The position numbers and the translations under genes were made by a program. A stretch of DNA of 63,990 bases, counting the filler, from Acidimicrobiia bacterium (GTDB lineage: Bacteria; Actinomycetota; Acidimicrobiia; Spongiisociales; CAZKJJ01), in the NCBI GenBank assembly GCA_046759765.1. It is 13 parts of 13 records of this genome, joined end to end, with 100 filler letters (N's around TTAATTAATTAA, not from the genome) between each part and the next. Parts side by side here need not be neighbours in the genome. Positions count along the whole stretch, not along the records: positions 20,912 to 25,831 come from JBHICV010000164.1; positions 25,932 to 30,833 come from JBHICV010000165.1; positions 30,934 to 35,826 come from JBHICV010000166.1; 10 more parts are not named here. One strand, written 5' to 3'. A model generated the notes under the pieces. The model saw only the letters and a list, made by a program, of their open reading frames with translations. It was not told where the DNA came from and searched no databases. Below are positions 23,141-33,154 of the stretch, in pieces (the stretch's first letter is position 1; each line of letters opens with the position of its first letter).

Positions 23141-24502
23141 CTACTTCCTGCCGATCCCCTTTTCTTTCAGCTCCTGGAGGATCGCTTCGAGAGACTCGTC
23201 CGCAGCGAACGAGGGCTCCCCCTTGGCCTCTTCCTCGCGCTCGAACTCGCGTTCCTGCCGCTTCTTGCCCCCGGGGCGGTCATCGGCGTAGGTGAGGCGC
23301 TTCTCCCACTCGGGGGAGGCCTGTTTGATGGAGAGGCTGATGCGGCGACGATCGCCGTCGACCTCGGTGATCTTTACCTGGACTTTCTGGCCGAGCGACA
23401 GCTCCAGCTCCGGGCTCTCCACGTGATGTACGGCGATCTCGGAGACGTGGACGAGGCCTTCCACCCCCTCGGTCACCGAGACAAACGCCCCAAAGGGCAC
23501 CGTCTTGGTCACCGTGCCCTCGACCACGTCCCCTACCTCGTGGCTTTCCGAGAACGACTCCCAGGGGTCGTCCTTGGTCTGCCGGATCGACAAGGAGATG
23601 CGTTCCCGGTCCCGGTCGACTTCCAGCACTTTGACCGTTACCTCATCCCCCACCGAGACGATCTCTGACGGATGGCTGACGTGCTGCCACGAAAGCTCCG
23701 AGACGTGGACCAGCCCGTCCATGCCGCCTAGGTCGACGAACGCTCCGAAGTTGACGACCGACGACACCACGCCGGTGCGGATCCCGCCCGGCTCCAGCTC
23801 ATCGAGGAAGGCCTGTCGCTGCTCGGCCTGTTCCTCCTCCAGGAATGCCCGCCGTGACAGCACCACGTTGTTTCGGTTCTTGTCCAACTCGATGACCTTC
23901 GCCTGGAGCTTCTCGCCGACGTACGGGTGGAGGTCGCGGACCCGACGCAGCTCGACCAGCGAAGCGGGGAGGAAGCCCCGCAGTCCGATGTCCACGATCA
24001 GGCCGCCCTTGACCACCTCGATCACCGGGCCCTCGACGGTACCTCCCTCCTCCATGATGTTTTCGATACGGCCCCAGGCCCGCTCATACTGAGCCCGCTT
24101 CTTGGAGAGGATCAGCCGCCCGTCCTGGTCTTCCATCTGCAGCACCAGCGCCTCGATCTCGTCTCCAACGGAGGCTTCCGCAGCGGGATTGACGGTGTTT
24201 CGGATCGATAGCTCGCTGGCAGGGATGACACCTTCGGACTTGTAGCCGATGTCCACCAGGACCTCGTCGGGGTCGACCCGAACGACGGTTCCGGTGACCA
24301 GGCTCCCCTCGCTGAACTCGAGCACCGTCTTTTCAACAGCGGCGGCAAAGTCATCTGCGGAGAGGTCGGTGGGAAGATCTCCCAAGTCGACGATCGGTTT
24401 GACGGGCGTTGCCTCCGGTCGCTGGGCCTCGGCAGCCTCGGCGGAGCCCTCGGCTTGCGCCGCCGGGTCTTCGAGCGGCGCGTCCGCCTCCTTATCGGTC
24501 AT
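23141..24502 (-). CDS. rpsA: 30S ribosomal protein S1 (four S1 domains)
   Basis: DIGYKSEGVIP, GLRGFLPASLV, DGLVHVSELSW and EGLVHVSEIA; downstream of polA as in Actinobacteria. Confidence 0.97.
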   Translation of the reverse strand: MTDKEADAPLEDPAAQAEGSAEAAEAQRPEATPVKPIVDLGDLPTDLSADDFAAAVEKTVLEFSEGSLVTGTVVRVDPDEVLVDIGYKSEGVIPASELSIRNTVNPAAEASVGDEIEALVLQMEDQDGRLILSKKRAQYERAWGRIENIMEEGGTVEGPVIEVVKGGLIVDIGLRGFLPASLVELRRVRDLHPYVGEKLQAKVIELDKNRNNVVLSRRAFLEEEQAEQRQAFLDELEPGGIRTGVVSSVVNFGAFVDLGGMDGLVHVSELSWQHVSHPSEIVSVGDEVTVKVLEVDRDRERISLSIRQTKDDPWESFSESHEVGDVVEGTVTKTVPFGAFVSVTEGVEGLVHVSEIAVHHVESPELELSLGQKVQVKITEVDGDRRRISLSIKQASPEWEKRLTYADDRPGGKKRQEREFEREEEAKGEPSFAADESLEAILQELKEKGIGRK

Positions 24503-24608
24503 GAATGGTTACATCTCCTCATGGTGGACCTCTCCGCTGCGGTGCCAGCCGGGCGGAGGCGGGATCAGGCTAACACACTGCGACGCGCCGAGTCATCGCC
24601 AAATGCGC

Positions 24609-25831
24609 TCAGCCCTTGGCTTCGGCCAGGTTGGGAGCGATGGCGACGTCGACCCGCAGCGGCACCCTCAGCTCTACGATGCCCTCCATCACGCTCTTGG
24701 TGAGGGCCTCTGCCTGCTCCAGTTCCGCCGGTGGAGCTTCCAGCACCAGTTCGTCGTGAACCTGAACCAGCATGGTCGTCGCGAGGCGCCGTTTTTCCAG
24801 TTCAGTGTCGAGGACGACCATTGCCTTCTTGATGATGTCGGCGGCGGAGCCCTGGATGGGCGCGTTGAGGGCCATCCGCTCCCCGGTCTGGCGGATGCGA
24901 TAGTTGATGGCGGCCAGCTCGGGCAGGTAGCGGCGGCGGCCCAGGATGGTCGTGGTGTAGCCGGTCTCACGGGCTCGCGCCACGATGCCATTCATGAAGT
25001 CCCGAACCTTGGGGAATTGGGAAAAGTAAGCCTCCATCTGCTCTCGGGCCTCATCCGTCGAGATCTCCAACCGCTGCGACAGACCGTACGCCTCCATGCC
25101 GTACAGCAGGCCGAAGTTGATCGCCTTGGCCCGGCGCCGCATCTCCTGGCTGACCTCCTCGGGAGGAATGCCGAATACCCTGGCCGCCGTCGTCCGGTGA
25201 ATGTCGTCTCCGGAGGCGAACGCCTCCGTGAGGCCCGGGTCTTCGCTGAGGTGGGCGAGGATTCGCAGCTCGATCTGGGAGTAGTCCGCGACGATGAACG
25301 ACCAGCCCGAGCGTGGAACGAAGGCGCGCCGGATGGTGCGGCCCTCCTCGGAACGCACTGGGATGTTCTGAATGTTGGGCCGCTCCGACGAGATGCGCCC
25401 GGTAGCCGCAGCAGTCTGGTTGAAGCTGGCGCGGATCCGTCCGTCCGCCTCGATCAGCGGCAGCAGCCCGTCCACGTAGGTGGATCGCAGTTTCTCCAGC
25501 TCCCGGTAGTGGAGCAACAGCTCCACGACCGGGTGTTCATCAGCCAGCTTTGCCAACACCGCAGCATCGGTGGAGGGGCTCCCCTTGGGCGTCTTCTTCA
25601 GCACCGGCAGCTCGAGGCGCTCGAACAGGACTTCGCGTAGCTGAAGGGTCGAGTTGACGTTGAACGGCTCGCCCGCCGCCTCGTGGATCTTGTGCTCCAG
25701 AGTGGTGAGTCGATCCCGGAGGCTCTCCCCCAGTTCGGTCAGATACGCCCGGTCGACGCCGATGCCAGCCTCTTCCATCTTGGCCAGGACCCGCACCAGC
25801 GGCAGCTCCACTTCCTCGAAGAGGGCTCGCG
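24609..25831 (-). CDS. polA: DNA polymerase I, polymerase domain (5' truncated)
   Basis: ATGRISSERPNIQNIP, DYSQIELR (motif A), RRRAKAINFGLLYG (motif B), QVHDEL (motif C). Confidence 0.98.
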
Positions 25832-25931
25832 NNNNNNNNNNNNNNNNNNNNNNNNNNNNNNNNNNNNNNNNNNNNTTAATTAATTAANNNNNNNNNNNNN
25901 NNNNNNNNNNNNNNNNNNNNNNNNNNNNNNN

Positions 25932-26171
25932 GTCGGTATACACTTCGCCTGCACCCTCGAGCACGACGAAGAACTCATCCGCCTGATCGTGCGCGTGCTT
26001 CTCGTGTCTCGCCCCGGGCGGCATGATCGTCCGGCCGAGGAGAAACCCCGATGATCCCGCGGTTGCCTCATCGATGAGGAACTGCACCCTCATGTCCACC
26101 CATCCCTCGTCCTCGCGCAGACCGGGGACATGGGGAACCGACGCCAGGTTGGTCCGGAAAGGCTCTGTCAC
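25932..26171 (-). CDS. Cupin domain protein (3' truncated)
   Basis: PPGARHEKHAHDQADEFFVVLEG cupin motif 1; GTGA overlap with the upstream gene. Confidence 0.8.
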
Positions 26172-27049
26172 GACACGCCTCCGAGCAGGCGATAAACGTC
26201 GAACACGGTGACGAAGTCCCGATCGTCGATGCCGAGCCCACGGCACGCGTTGAGCAACTCGTTGGCCACCGCCCCGAGCGGGGAAGACGTCCCTTGGCGT
26301 CGCGCAAGATCCAGCGCTAACAGCATGTCTTTCTGTTGCAGAGTGACGTCGGCCAGCGGCTTGTCGGGCATGTTGCCTTCCAGGATGAAAGGCCCGCGGT
26401 AACCCATTACCGGCGAAGCGACGACGCTGTTGAGCATCGCGTCCACCGTCACTTCCCTGGAAATTCCCCCTTTCTCGGCCAGCGCCACCCCTTCGCAGAA
26501 GGCGACCATCTCGACGATCAGCACCAGATTGATGGCCAGCTTCATCTGCATGGCTTGGCCGCTGCTTCCGATGTAGCGGACTGTCGGCCCGATGTCGGTC
26601 AGTACTGGCTCTACTTTCCCGAAGGCGCTTCTATCACCGGCGACCATCAGAGACGCCTTCCCGTCCCGGACTGTGACCGGACTCCCCGACAGCGGCGCAT
26701 CCAGCATGACCCGGCCGGCGGCGGCGAACTCACCGGCAATGGCCCGGCTCGCATCCGGATCCACGGTGCTCATATCCAGGTATACGCCGTCCGGGTGGAG
26801 CCCGGCGAGGATTCCGTCGGGTCCAAGCGCCACCGCACGCACGGCGTCGGCGTCCGTCACGATCGAGAATACGGCCTTGGAATCCGCCGCTACCTCTCTC
26901 GGCGATTCACCCCAGCTCATGCCCGCCGAGAGCAGCGGATCGGCCTTGGCGGCGGTCCGGTTCCACCCGGTTACGTCATGGCCGGCCTCCAGCAGCCTCG
27001 GGACGATCACCTCGCCCATGTCGCCCAGTCCGATGAAACCGACCCTCAT
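26168..27049 (-). CDS. NAD(P)-dependent beta-hydroxyacid dehydrogenase (3-hydroxyisobutyrate dehydrogenase family)
   Basis: VGFIGLGDMG, DMSTV, LDAPLSG, MKLAIN and QKDM motifs. Confidence 0.92.
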   Translation of the reverse strand: MRVGFIGLGDMGEVIVPRLLEAGHDVTGWNRTAAKADPLLSAGMSWGESPREVAADSKAVFSIVTDADAVRAVALGPDGILAGLHPDGVYLDMSTVDPDASRAIAGEFAAAGRVMLDAPLSGSPVTVRDGKASLMVAGDRSAFGKVEPVLTDIGPTVRYIGSSGQAMQMKLAINLVLIVEMVAFCEGVALAEKGGISREVTVDAMLNSVVASPVMGYRGPFILEGNMPDKPLADVTLQQKDMLLALDLARRQGTSSPLGAVANELLNACRGLGIDDRDFVTVFDVYRLLGGVS

Positions 27050-27170
27050 GACACCTCCTCCGATCGATCAACATAAGCACCGTTCAGACGACGGAGTCGG
27101 CCGGACCGGGTTCAGGTGTGCACGGCAGACCTCATAAGGTCACCACCGCCAGTTTTCGGGCTAGGTCGCC

Positions 27171-28178
27171 TCAGGCGTCGATCCTCGATCGTTCGACGAC
27201 CTCCCAGGCATGAGAGCGGGTGAACACGTCGGCGGCCGCCAGCTTCCCGTCCCACCGGGGCAGCACGTCCTCGACCACCTTGTCGGTCACCGCGTTGATG
27301 TAGGTATCGAACACCAACCAGGCGTTCTCGAAACCTCCCACCTCCTCCGCCACACCCATGAACTGCACCTCGGCGTCGAAAGCGTTTCGAGACGGAATCG
27401 TGTCGTCAAGGTGCTGCATCGCCGACTGGACCAGGTCATCGAAATACGCCTTCTGGATCTCGACGTCCTCCCTTGTTCCAAGCCGGGTCAGGTGACCGGG
27501 CACGAAGGTGTCGAAGTCGTAGCTGAGAACGACGTCGTGCCCCCGGAGGAACCCGCGGAGGTCCGAGGCCATCGCCAGGCTGCTGAACGGCGCCCATCCC
27601 GGGAAGATCACGTCGACGTTCATGAGGATCTTCTGGTTGGGCGCGTAGATGAAGATGTTCCCCGGAGCGTGAATGTTGCCGTGGTAGTCAAGTTGCAGGG
27701 TCTGACCACCCACATTCAGCGAGTGGCTGTCCTTGAACGTCTCCGTCGGCACTGGCCGCTGCGGATCGTTGGCCGTCTCCACGTAGTTGGCGCACTCCTC
27801 CTGGGCGATGATCGTCACTCCCTCTGGGTAGACGTTGGCCGAGCCGATGTGATCGATGTGGTGATGGCTGTAGATCACATGGCTGATCGGCTTGTCGGTG
27901 ACCTCTGCGATGGCGTTAAGGATGTTGTCGCCGGCAAAGGTCGGCCCGATCGAGGGAGGCGCATCCACGATGATCACTCCGTCGTCGTGAACTACCGCCA
28001 GCATGAAGTACCAGCCCTCTGTGATGTAAAAGATCCCATCTGAGATCTCGTGCGTGAAGAAGCCCTTCGACTGAATTGCTTCCATGACTGCCGGCGTCCG
28101 CTCGTCGTAGCAGGTCGCCGGAATCGGCGAATACATCTCCGACGTCTTGTAGAAATTCAATCCCGGAAGCTCAGCCAT
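27171..28178 (-). CDS. MBL-fold metallohydrolase
   Basis: VDAPP, YSHHHIDHIG, HAPGN, DVIFPGW and PGHLT motifs. Confidence 0.88.
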   Translation of the reverse strand: MAELPGLNFYKTSEMYSPIPATCYDERTPAVMEAIQSKGFFTHEISDGIFYITEGWYFMLAVVHDDGVIIVDAPPSIGPTFAGDNILNAIAEVTDKPISHVIYSHHHIDHIGSANVYPEGVTIIAQEECANYVETANDPQRPVPTETFKDSHSLNVGGQTLQLDYHGNIHAPGNIFIYAPNQKILMNVDVIFPGWAPFSSLAMASDLRGFLRGHDVVLSYDFDTFVPGHLTRLGTREDVEIQKAYFDDLVQSAMQHLDDTIPSRNAFDAEVQFMGVAEEVGGFENAWLVFDTYINAVTDKVVEDVLPRWDGKLAAADVFTRSHAWEVVERSRIDA

Positions 28179-28252
28179 GACCCACTCCTTCTCCTTCGCG
28201 GCCGGACTTGAACCTTAGCGATGGTTGATCTCCGACTCGCGGGCCGAAAACC

Positions 28253-28363
28253 GGTTTTGGTGACGGCAACTCACCTATATGGTGGAAAGACGTCACCAAA
28301 ACGGCAGCACTTCGTTTTGGTGACGGCAACTCACCTATATGGTGGAAACGCGTCACCAAAACG
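28253..28363. repeat. Two tandem 51-bp palindromes at a 60-bp period
   Basis: GTTTTGGTGACG-GCAACTC-ACCTATATGGT-GGAAA..-CGTCACCAAAACG twice. Confidence 0.9.
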
Positions 28364-28397
28364 GGAGGGCGCGACCAGTTGGACGGGGCGGCAGACG

Positions 28398-28898
28398 TCA
28401 GCCGCGGTGGGCCTTTGGCTTACGGACCCACACCATCTCGGCTTTCACACCGGCGTCGGCGATCAGGTTGTAGACCGGGCAACGCGCCTCCGTCTCCTCC
28501 ACCACCTCGCGCAGGCGTTCTTCGGACTCGTCGGTGGTCACGGTGGCCTGAACGCGTACCGTCTGAAAGTGCTGGCGCACTCCCCGAACGCCCATCCGGC
28601 CGCGGATATCGATCGTGTATTCACCCTCGAATTCGATGCCGTCGTAGGAGAAGTCGAATTCCTTGGCGGTGCGATGGAACGTCACCGACTCGCACCCGCA
28701 CAGGGCTCCGAGCACGGTCTGCAGCGGGGAGGGACCCTCACCCGTTCCGCCATGGGCAATCGGCTCGTCGGTCACGATTGTTCCGTGCTCGCCGGCGTCG
28801 ATCATCGCCATCATGCTGCCGTCGTTGCTGACCGTTATTCGCTTCTTGCGGATGATTGGCTCATCCAGGTCTTCGGCCGAGACAACCTCGGTAGCCAT
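28398..28898 (-). CDS. OsmC family protein
   Basis: DEPIAHGGTGEGPSP..LGALCGC and ARCPV (two conserved Cys sites). Confidence 0.9.
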   Translation of the reverse strand: MATEVVSAEDLDEPIIRKKRITVSNDGSMMAMIDAGEHGTIVTDEPIAHGGTGEGPSPLQTVLGALCGCESVTFHRTAKEFDFSYDGIEFEGEYTIDIRGRMGVRGVRQHFQTVRVQATVTTDESEERLREVVEETEARCPVYNLIADAGVKAEMVWVRKPKAHRG

Positions 28899-28996
28899 CT
28901 GCCTTTCCTTTCACTCGGCAACGGGGCGGACAAACGATTGCAGGTCCTCGAGTAGGCTAGTGCCGCCCTCAGCCGGATATGGGGGTGGAGGAGCCC

Positions 28997-29371
28997 ATGT
29001 TGCGTGTTGTTTGGTCCGATGACCTCCCCCGCCTCACGTCCACCAGGGACGGCAGGGATCGAATCGACCTGGTCACGTCGGACCTCTTCGAGACACCGAA
29101 TCTGAAGGCGGATCGGATCACCTACCACCCCGGGGATACGGCCGCGGCCCACTACCACCGGGACTGCGAGCACTACTTCTTCATCCTCGAAGGAAACGGT
29201 GTCCTCCACGTCAACGAAGAGGTCCAGCACCTCGGTTCGGGGGACGTTGCACTTGTCGAGAAGGACGAGGTGCACTGGTTCGAGAATCACGGTCCAGAGA
29301 ACTTCGTCTTCATCGAGCTCTGGGTTCCGACACCGAGCGACACGGTGTGGGTCGACCCGGACGACATATGA
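28997..29371 (+). CDS. Cupin domain protein
   Basis: AHYHRDCEHYFFILEG and GDVALVEKDEVHWFEN; GGAGGAG RBS. Confidence 0.88.
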   Translation: MLRVVWSDDLPRLTSTRDGRDRIDLVTSDLFETPNLKADRITYHPGDTAAAHYHRDCEHYFFILEGNGVLHVNEEVQHLGSGDVALVEKDEVHWFENHGPENFVFIELWVPTPSDTVWVDPDDI

Positions 29372-29468
29372 ACCTGGGCCGAAGAGCCGTGAGTTCACGG
29401 CCGCCCGAAGACCGCCCCGGCGCGCACGCAGGTTGACAGTCGTCTGCGATACCTACGACTAGACCAAC

Positions 29469-30218
29469 GTGGATCTGGCTGAGCTAGCACTTGTCCTGGC
29501 GGCGATCGCCGCCGGGGCCTTCGTCAAGGGTGTGACGGGCATGGGGTTACCTCTGCTGGGGGTGCCGCTGTTGGCGGGATCGCTGGGCGTGGAACACGCC
29601 GTCGTGATCATCATCATTCCTTCCCTCGTCACCAACACGATGCTGATCCGCACCTACAGAACCAGCATTCCGCACACCCGTGACCTGGCTCCCCTCTTGA
29701 TCGGCGGAGCCCTCGGTGCCATCGCCGGCACCTGGCTGCTGGTAGAGCTGGACGACCAGGTGCTCTCCCTCGTCCTGGCGGCGGTGATCTTCGGGTACGT
29801 GATCGTTTTCCTCTTGAATCCATCGATCGAGTTCCGACCTCAACTCACGAGATATCTCTCCCCGCCGGTCGGCCTGGGTTCTGGAGTCCTGCAGGGGGCA
29901 ACCGGGATTTCGGCGCCGGTGATCGCTACGTATCTCCACGGCTTCCGATTGGAGAAGACGGCCTACGTGTTCAGCATCACCAGCTTCTTCCTCGCGGTGG
30001 GCCTGCTCCAGGCAGCCTCGATGGTGGGCCTCGGACTGTTCACCCCAACCCGGCTTGTTCAGGGGCTCATCGCCCTGGTAACCGCGGTGCTTGTCCTCCC
30101 GCTTGGGATCAGGACCACCCGACGCCTTTCAGGCCGCACATTCGAGCTCGTGGTCCTCGGCGTTCTCGTGCTCGTGGCGATTCGACTCGTCTTTAATGCG
30201 TTGGAAGGCTCGACGTGA
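29469..30218 (+). CDS. TauE/SafE (sulfite exporter) family membrane protein
   Basis: GAFVKGVTGMG and SGVLQGATGISAP repeats; about 8 TM segments. Confidence 0.88.
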   Translation: MDLAELALVLAAIAAGAFVKGVTGMGLPLLGVPLLAGSLGVEHAVVIIIIPSLVTNTMLIRTYRTSIPHTRDLAPLLIGGALGAIAGTWLLVELDDQVLSLVLAAVIFGYVIVFLLNPSIEFRPQLTRYLSPPVGLGSGVLQGATGISAPVIATYLHGFRLEKTAYVFSITSFFLAVGLLQAASMVGLGLFTPTRLVQGLIALVTAVLVLPLGIRTTRRLSGRTFELVVLGVLVLVAIRLVFNALEGST

Positions 30219-30833
30219 CCCTCGAACCAGCAAAACATCTCGGGCGATCTCAGCGCCGGCTGGAGGACCGCCGCTTCGTGACCGGGGAAGGACGCTTCGT
30301 CTCGGACTTCGCCACCCCGGACACCCTCCACGCCACCTTCGTTCGGAGTGTCGTGCCCCACGGCAGGATCGTGAGCATTGATCTGGGAGACGCAGGTGGA
30401 ATGCCGCGGGTCGTGGCGGTTATGACGGCGGATGACCTGGAGCTGAACGACATCACACCGTTGCGCGGTGTCTCCGAGGTGGGTGCAGCTATGAGGCGCC
30501 CGCCACTCGCCCGAGAGCGAGTCCGGTATGTCGGGGAACCGATTGCGATCGTTGTGGCAGAGACGCGAGTCGCGGGGCTGGACGCGGCCGAGCAGGTGTG
30601 GCCGGACCTCGAGGAACTTCCGCCCGTCGTCGAACCGCGAACTGCTGCAGAGGGGGAGCCGCTGTTCCCGGTGGGAAACGTCGCCTACCACGCGGTGTTC
30701 CCATCCGTGACTCAGGCCACGGAGGAGTTTCCTGTGACAGCAGCCGTCGAGGTGGAGAACCAGCGCTTGGCGCCGTCCCCAATAGAAGGACTTGCGATCC
30801 TTTGCGAGCCGGAGGACGGCGCCCTCAAGATCA
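30215..30833 (+). CDS. Xanthine dehydrogenase/CoxL family molybdopterin subunit, N-terminus (truncated)
   Basis: RLEDRRFVTGEGRFVSD, FVRSVVPHGRI and RVRYVGEPIAIVVAE. Confidence 0.9.
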
Positions 30834-30952
30834 NNNNNNNNNNNNNNNNNNNNNNNNNNNNNNNNNNNNNNNNNNNNTTAATTAATTAANNNNNNNNNNN
30901 NNNNNNNNNNNNNNNNNNNNNNNNNNNNNNNNNATCGCAACTGGTCCGGCCG

Positions 30953-31363
30953 ATGACATCGCCGCATACCATCCTCAACCCTGACGTTCTTGCCCCGCCG
31001 AGAGGCTTCTCTCACGTTGTGATTCCGAAAGAGGGTCGGCTGGTATTTCTGGCCGGTCAGGCCGCACAGCTCCCGGATGGCTCCATTTCCGGCTCTGACA
31101 TGGCGGAGCAGTTCGACGTTGCCGCCGTCAATGTGGTCGCAGCCCTGGCGGCCGCCGACGCGCATCCTGAGCACCTCGTCTCGCTGCAGATATTCGTTAC
31201 CAGCGTGGACTCTTATCGAGCGTCACTGGGCGTGATAGGCGAGGCCTACCGGCGTCACATCGGTGATCACTACCCGGCGGTCTCGCTGTTCGAGGTTTCT
31301 GGTTTGTTCGATCCTGAAGCGCTGGTGGAGTTGGTGGCGACCGCCGTCGTACCGGCGGACTGA
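30953..31363 (+). CDS. RidA/YjgF family protein
   Basis: PPRGFSH, VFLAGQ and YPAVSLFEVSGL..PEALVEL motifs. Confidence 0.9.
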   Translation: MTSPHTILNPDVLAPPRGFSHVVIPKEGRLVFLAGQAAQLPDGSISGSDMAEQFDVAAVNVVAALAAADAHPEHLVSLQIFVTSVDSYRASLGVIGEAYRRHIGDHYPAVSLFEVSGLFDPEALVELVATAVVPAD

Positions 31364-31365
31364 CC

Positions 31366-32565
31366 TCAGAGGACCCGCTCCAGATCCTCGATCAGGTCGG
31401 CCGGGTCCTCGAGTCCGACCGAGGTGCGGAACACGCCATCACCAGCGAGGGCACGGTACGAGGCAAGCTGCTCCCCGGTGAGCTTGAACGAGGTGGCCAT
31501 CATGGCGGAGGTCGACATCCAGTAGATGAGCGATCGGTGGTGTCCGAGCGAGACGGCGAAGTGAAAGACCTCTAGCTCTTTTCGCATCCTTTCTGCCATC
31601 GACTCCCCATCGGGCACTTGAAAGGTGAGCATTCCCCCGAAGTTCTCCATCTGCCGGTGGGCAAGGTCGTGTTGGGGGTGGGACTCGAGTCCGGGGTAGG
31701 TCACCGCCTTAACCGACGGGCTTGTCTCCAGGTAGCGCGCCACCTCCAAAGCGTTGGACTGGTGGGCTTCCATGCGGAGCGGCAGCGTGGCCATTCCCCT
31801 CATGATCAGCCAAGCGTTGAATGGGCTCAAAGACCCGCCGAAGTGGATTGTCGCCTCGACGTTGAGATGGCTCAACGCTTCCTTGCTTCCGAGCACCGCG
31901 CCGCCGAGCGCGTCGCCGTGACCTCCTATGTATTTGGTCAGGGAGTGGAGGACGTAGTCAGCGCCCAGCTCGAGCGGCCGTGTGGCCACCGGGGTGGCAA
32001 AGGTCGAGTCGACTACGAGCTCGGCACCGGCCTGGTGGGCGATCTCGGCCGCCCCGGCGATATCTGTCAGGCGAAGGATGGGGTTGGCCGGCGTCTCGAT
32101 CCAGACCAGTCGCGTTTGGGATCGTGTTGCATCTGCCAGCTGGTCGAGGTTCGAGGTGTCGACGAAAGACGATTCGATGTCAAAGCGCGACAGAGTGTGC
32201 CGGCCCAGCTCGGCCGTGCCGGCGTACATGGTGTCGGACATAACAACGTGGTCGCCGGCGCCGAGGACACCGAAGAGAATCGCCGAAGTCGCGGCCATCC
32301 CCGAGGCGTAGACCTCGGCCGCCTCGGCTCCTTCGAGCGCGGCGAGCTTCGTGGCCAGCTGTCGCAGGGTCGGGTTGTCCCAACGCGTGTAGAAGAAGGG
32401 GGGGTCTTCCCCCATATCCAAGGCCGAGAATGCAACGGGCTCGTCGACAACAAACGAGGTCGACATGACCAAGTTGGGAACGGCGGCGCCGGTCACGGGG
32501 TCGGGGTCCTCACCGGCGTGCACGGCCAGCGTTTTCATTCGATGGCGTTCTTTGGGTGGTGCCAC
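31366..32565 (-). CDS. PLP-dependent Cys/Met metabolism enzyme (cystathionine gamma-synthase / methionine gamma-lyase family)
   Basis: YTRWDNPT, SGMAA, ETPANP, DSTFATP, HSLTKYIGGHGD (PLP lysine) and SVGLED motifs. Confidence 0.92.
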   Translation of the reverse strand: MAPPKERHRMKTLAVHAGEDPDPVTGAAVPNLVMSTSFVVDEPVAFSALDMGEDPPFFYTRWDNPTLRQLATKLAALEGAEAAEVYASGMAATSAILFGVLGAGDHVVMSDTMYAGTAELGRHTLSRFDIESSFVDTSNLDQLADATRSQTRLVWIETPANPILRLTDIAGAAEIAHQAGAELVVDSTFATPVATRPLELGADYVLHSLTKYIGGHGDALGGAVLGSKEALSHLNVEATIHFGGSLSPFNAWLIMRGMATLPLRMEAHQSNALEVARYLETSPSVKAVTYPGLESHPQHDLAHRQMENFGGMLTFQVPDGESMAERMRKELEVFHFAVSLGHHRSLIYWMSTSAMMATSFKLTGEQLASYRALAGDGVFRTSVGLEDPADLIEDLERVL

Positions 32566-32603
32566 CGCGCGGAGTCTACGGTTTGCCCACGCCGGCCACT
32601 CTG

Positions 32604-32631
32604 CTAGAATTCTAGTTAGCTAGGAATCTAG
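32604..32631. promoter_or_regulatory. Putative operator: four CTAG boxes at exact 8-bp spacing
   Basis: CTAG at 32604, 32612, 32620 and 32628, directly upstream of the RHH gene RBS. Confidence 0.65.
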
Positions 32632-32642
32632 AGGAGAAGGGA

Positions 32643-32798
32643 GTGTCTGAGCAAGAGAGACGCCAGTTCAACGTGTATTTGCCTGCCGAACTCGTCAAGC
32701 AGGTGAAGCACGCCGCCCTCGACAGTGAGAAGTCACTGTCTAAGTTCGTCGAGGACGCCCTCCGGGCTGCCCTTGGTCAACAGGAGCAAAGCCGATGA
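32643..32798 (+). CDS. CopG/ribbon-helix-helix transcriptional regulator (51 aa, not in the ORF track)
   Basis: [58 protein letters not shown] overlap with the VOC gene. Confidence 0.85.
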   Translation: MSEQERRQFNVYLPAELVKQVKHAALDSEKSLSKFVEDALRAALGQQEQSR

Positions 32799-33154
32799 AA
32801 CTCATGCCGATCGTCTACGTCACGGACATGGGCCGTTCGACCGCCTTCTACCAGGGGCTCGTGCCCAATGGCACGCTCGTGAGCCAGTCTCCGTACTGGA
32901 CCGAGTTCAACGTCGGAGGCTCCGCGCTGGCGCTGCATTACACGGACTCTCTTCCTTCCGAGGGACTGTGGGTAGAGCTCGCACTCGTGGCTTTCGAGCC
33001 TCTCGAGGAGGTCGTCGAGCATCTCCGGCTGGCCGGGATCGAGCCCGATCGGGGGATCCAGGACGAAGCGTTCGGAAGGTCGCTGGTCGTTCGAGATCCG
33101 GACGGGCTGCCCATCCAGATCAATCAGCACGAGGATGAGGTCTACCCGGGCTGA
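32795..33154 (+). CDS. VOC/glyoxalase family protein
   Basis: [14 protein letters not shown] and [12 protein letters not shown] motifs. Confidence 0.9.
   Translation: MKLMPIVYVTDMGRSTAFYQGLVPNGTLVSQSPYWTEFNVGGSALALHYTDSLPSEGLWVELALVAFEPLEEVVEHLRLAGIEPDRGIQDEAFGRSLVVRDPDGLPIQINQHEDEVYPG

Noticed and set aside
28253..28363. Possible CRISPR array
   Set aside because: Only two 51-bp units separated by 9 nt, no spacer-sized unique sequence and no cas genes; dispersed copies elsewhere fit a REP-like repeat.
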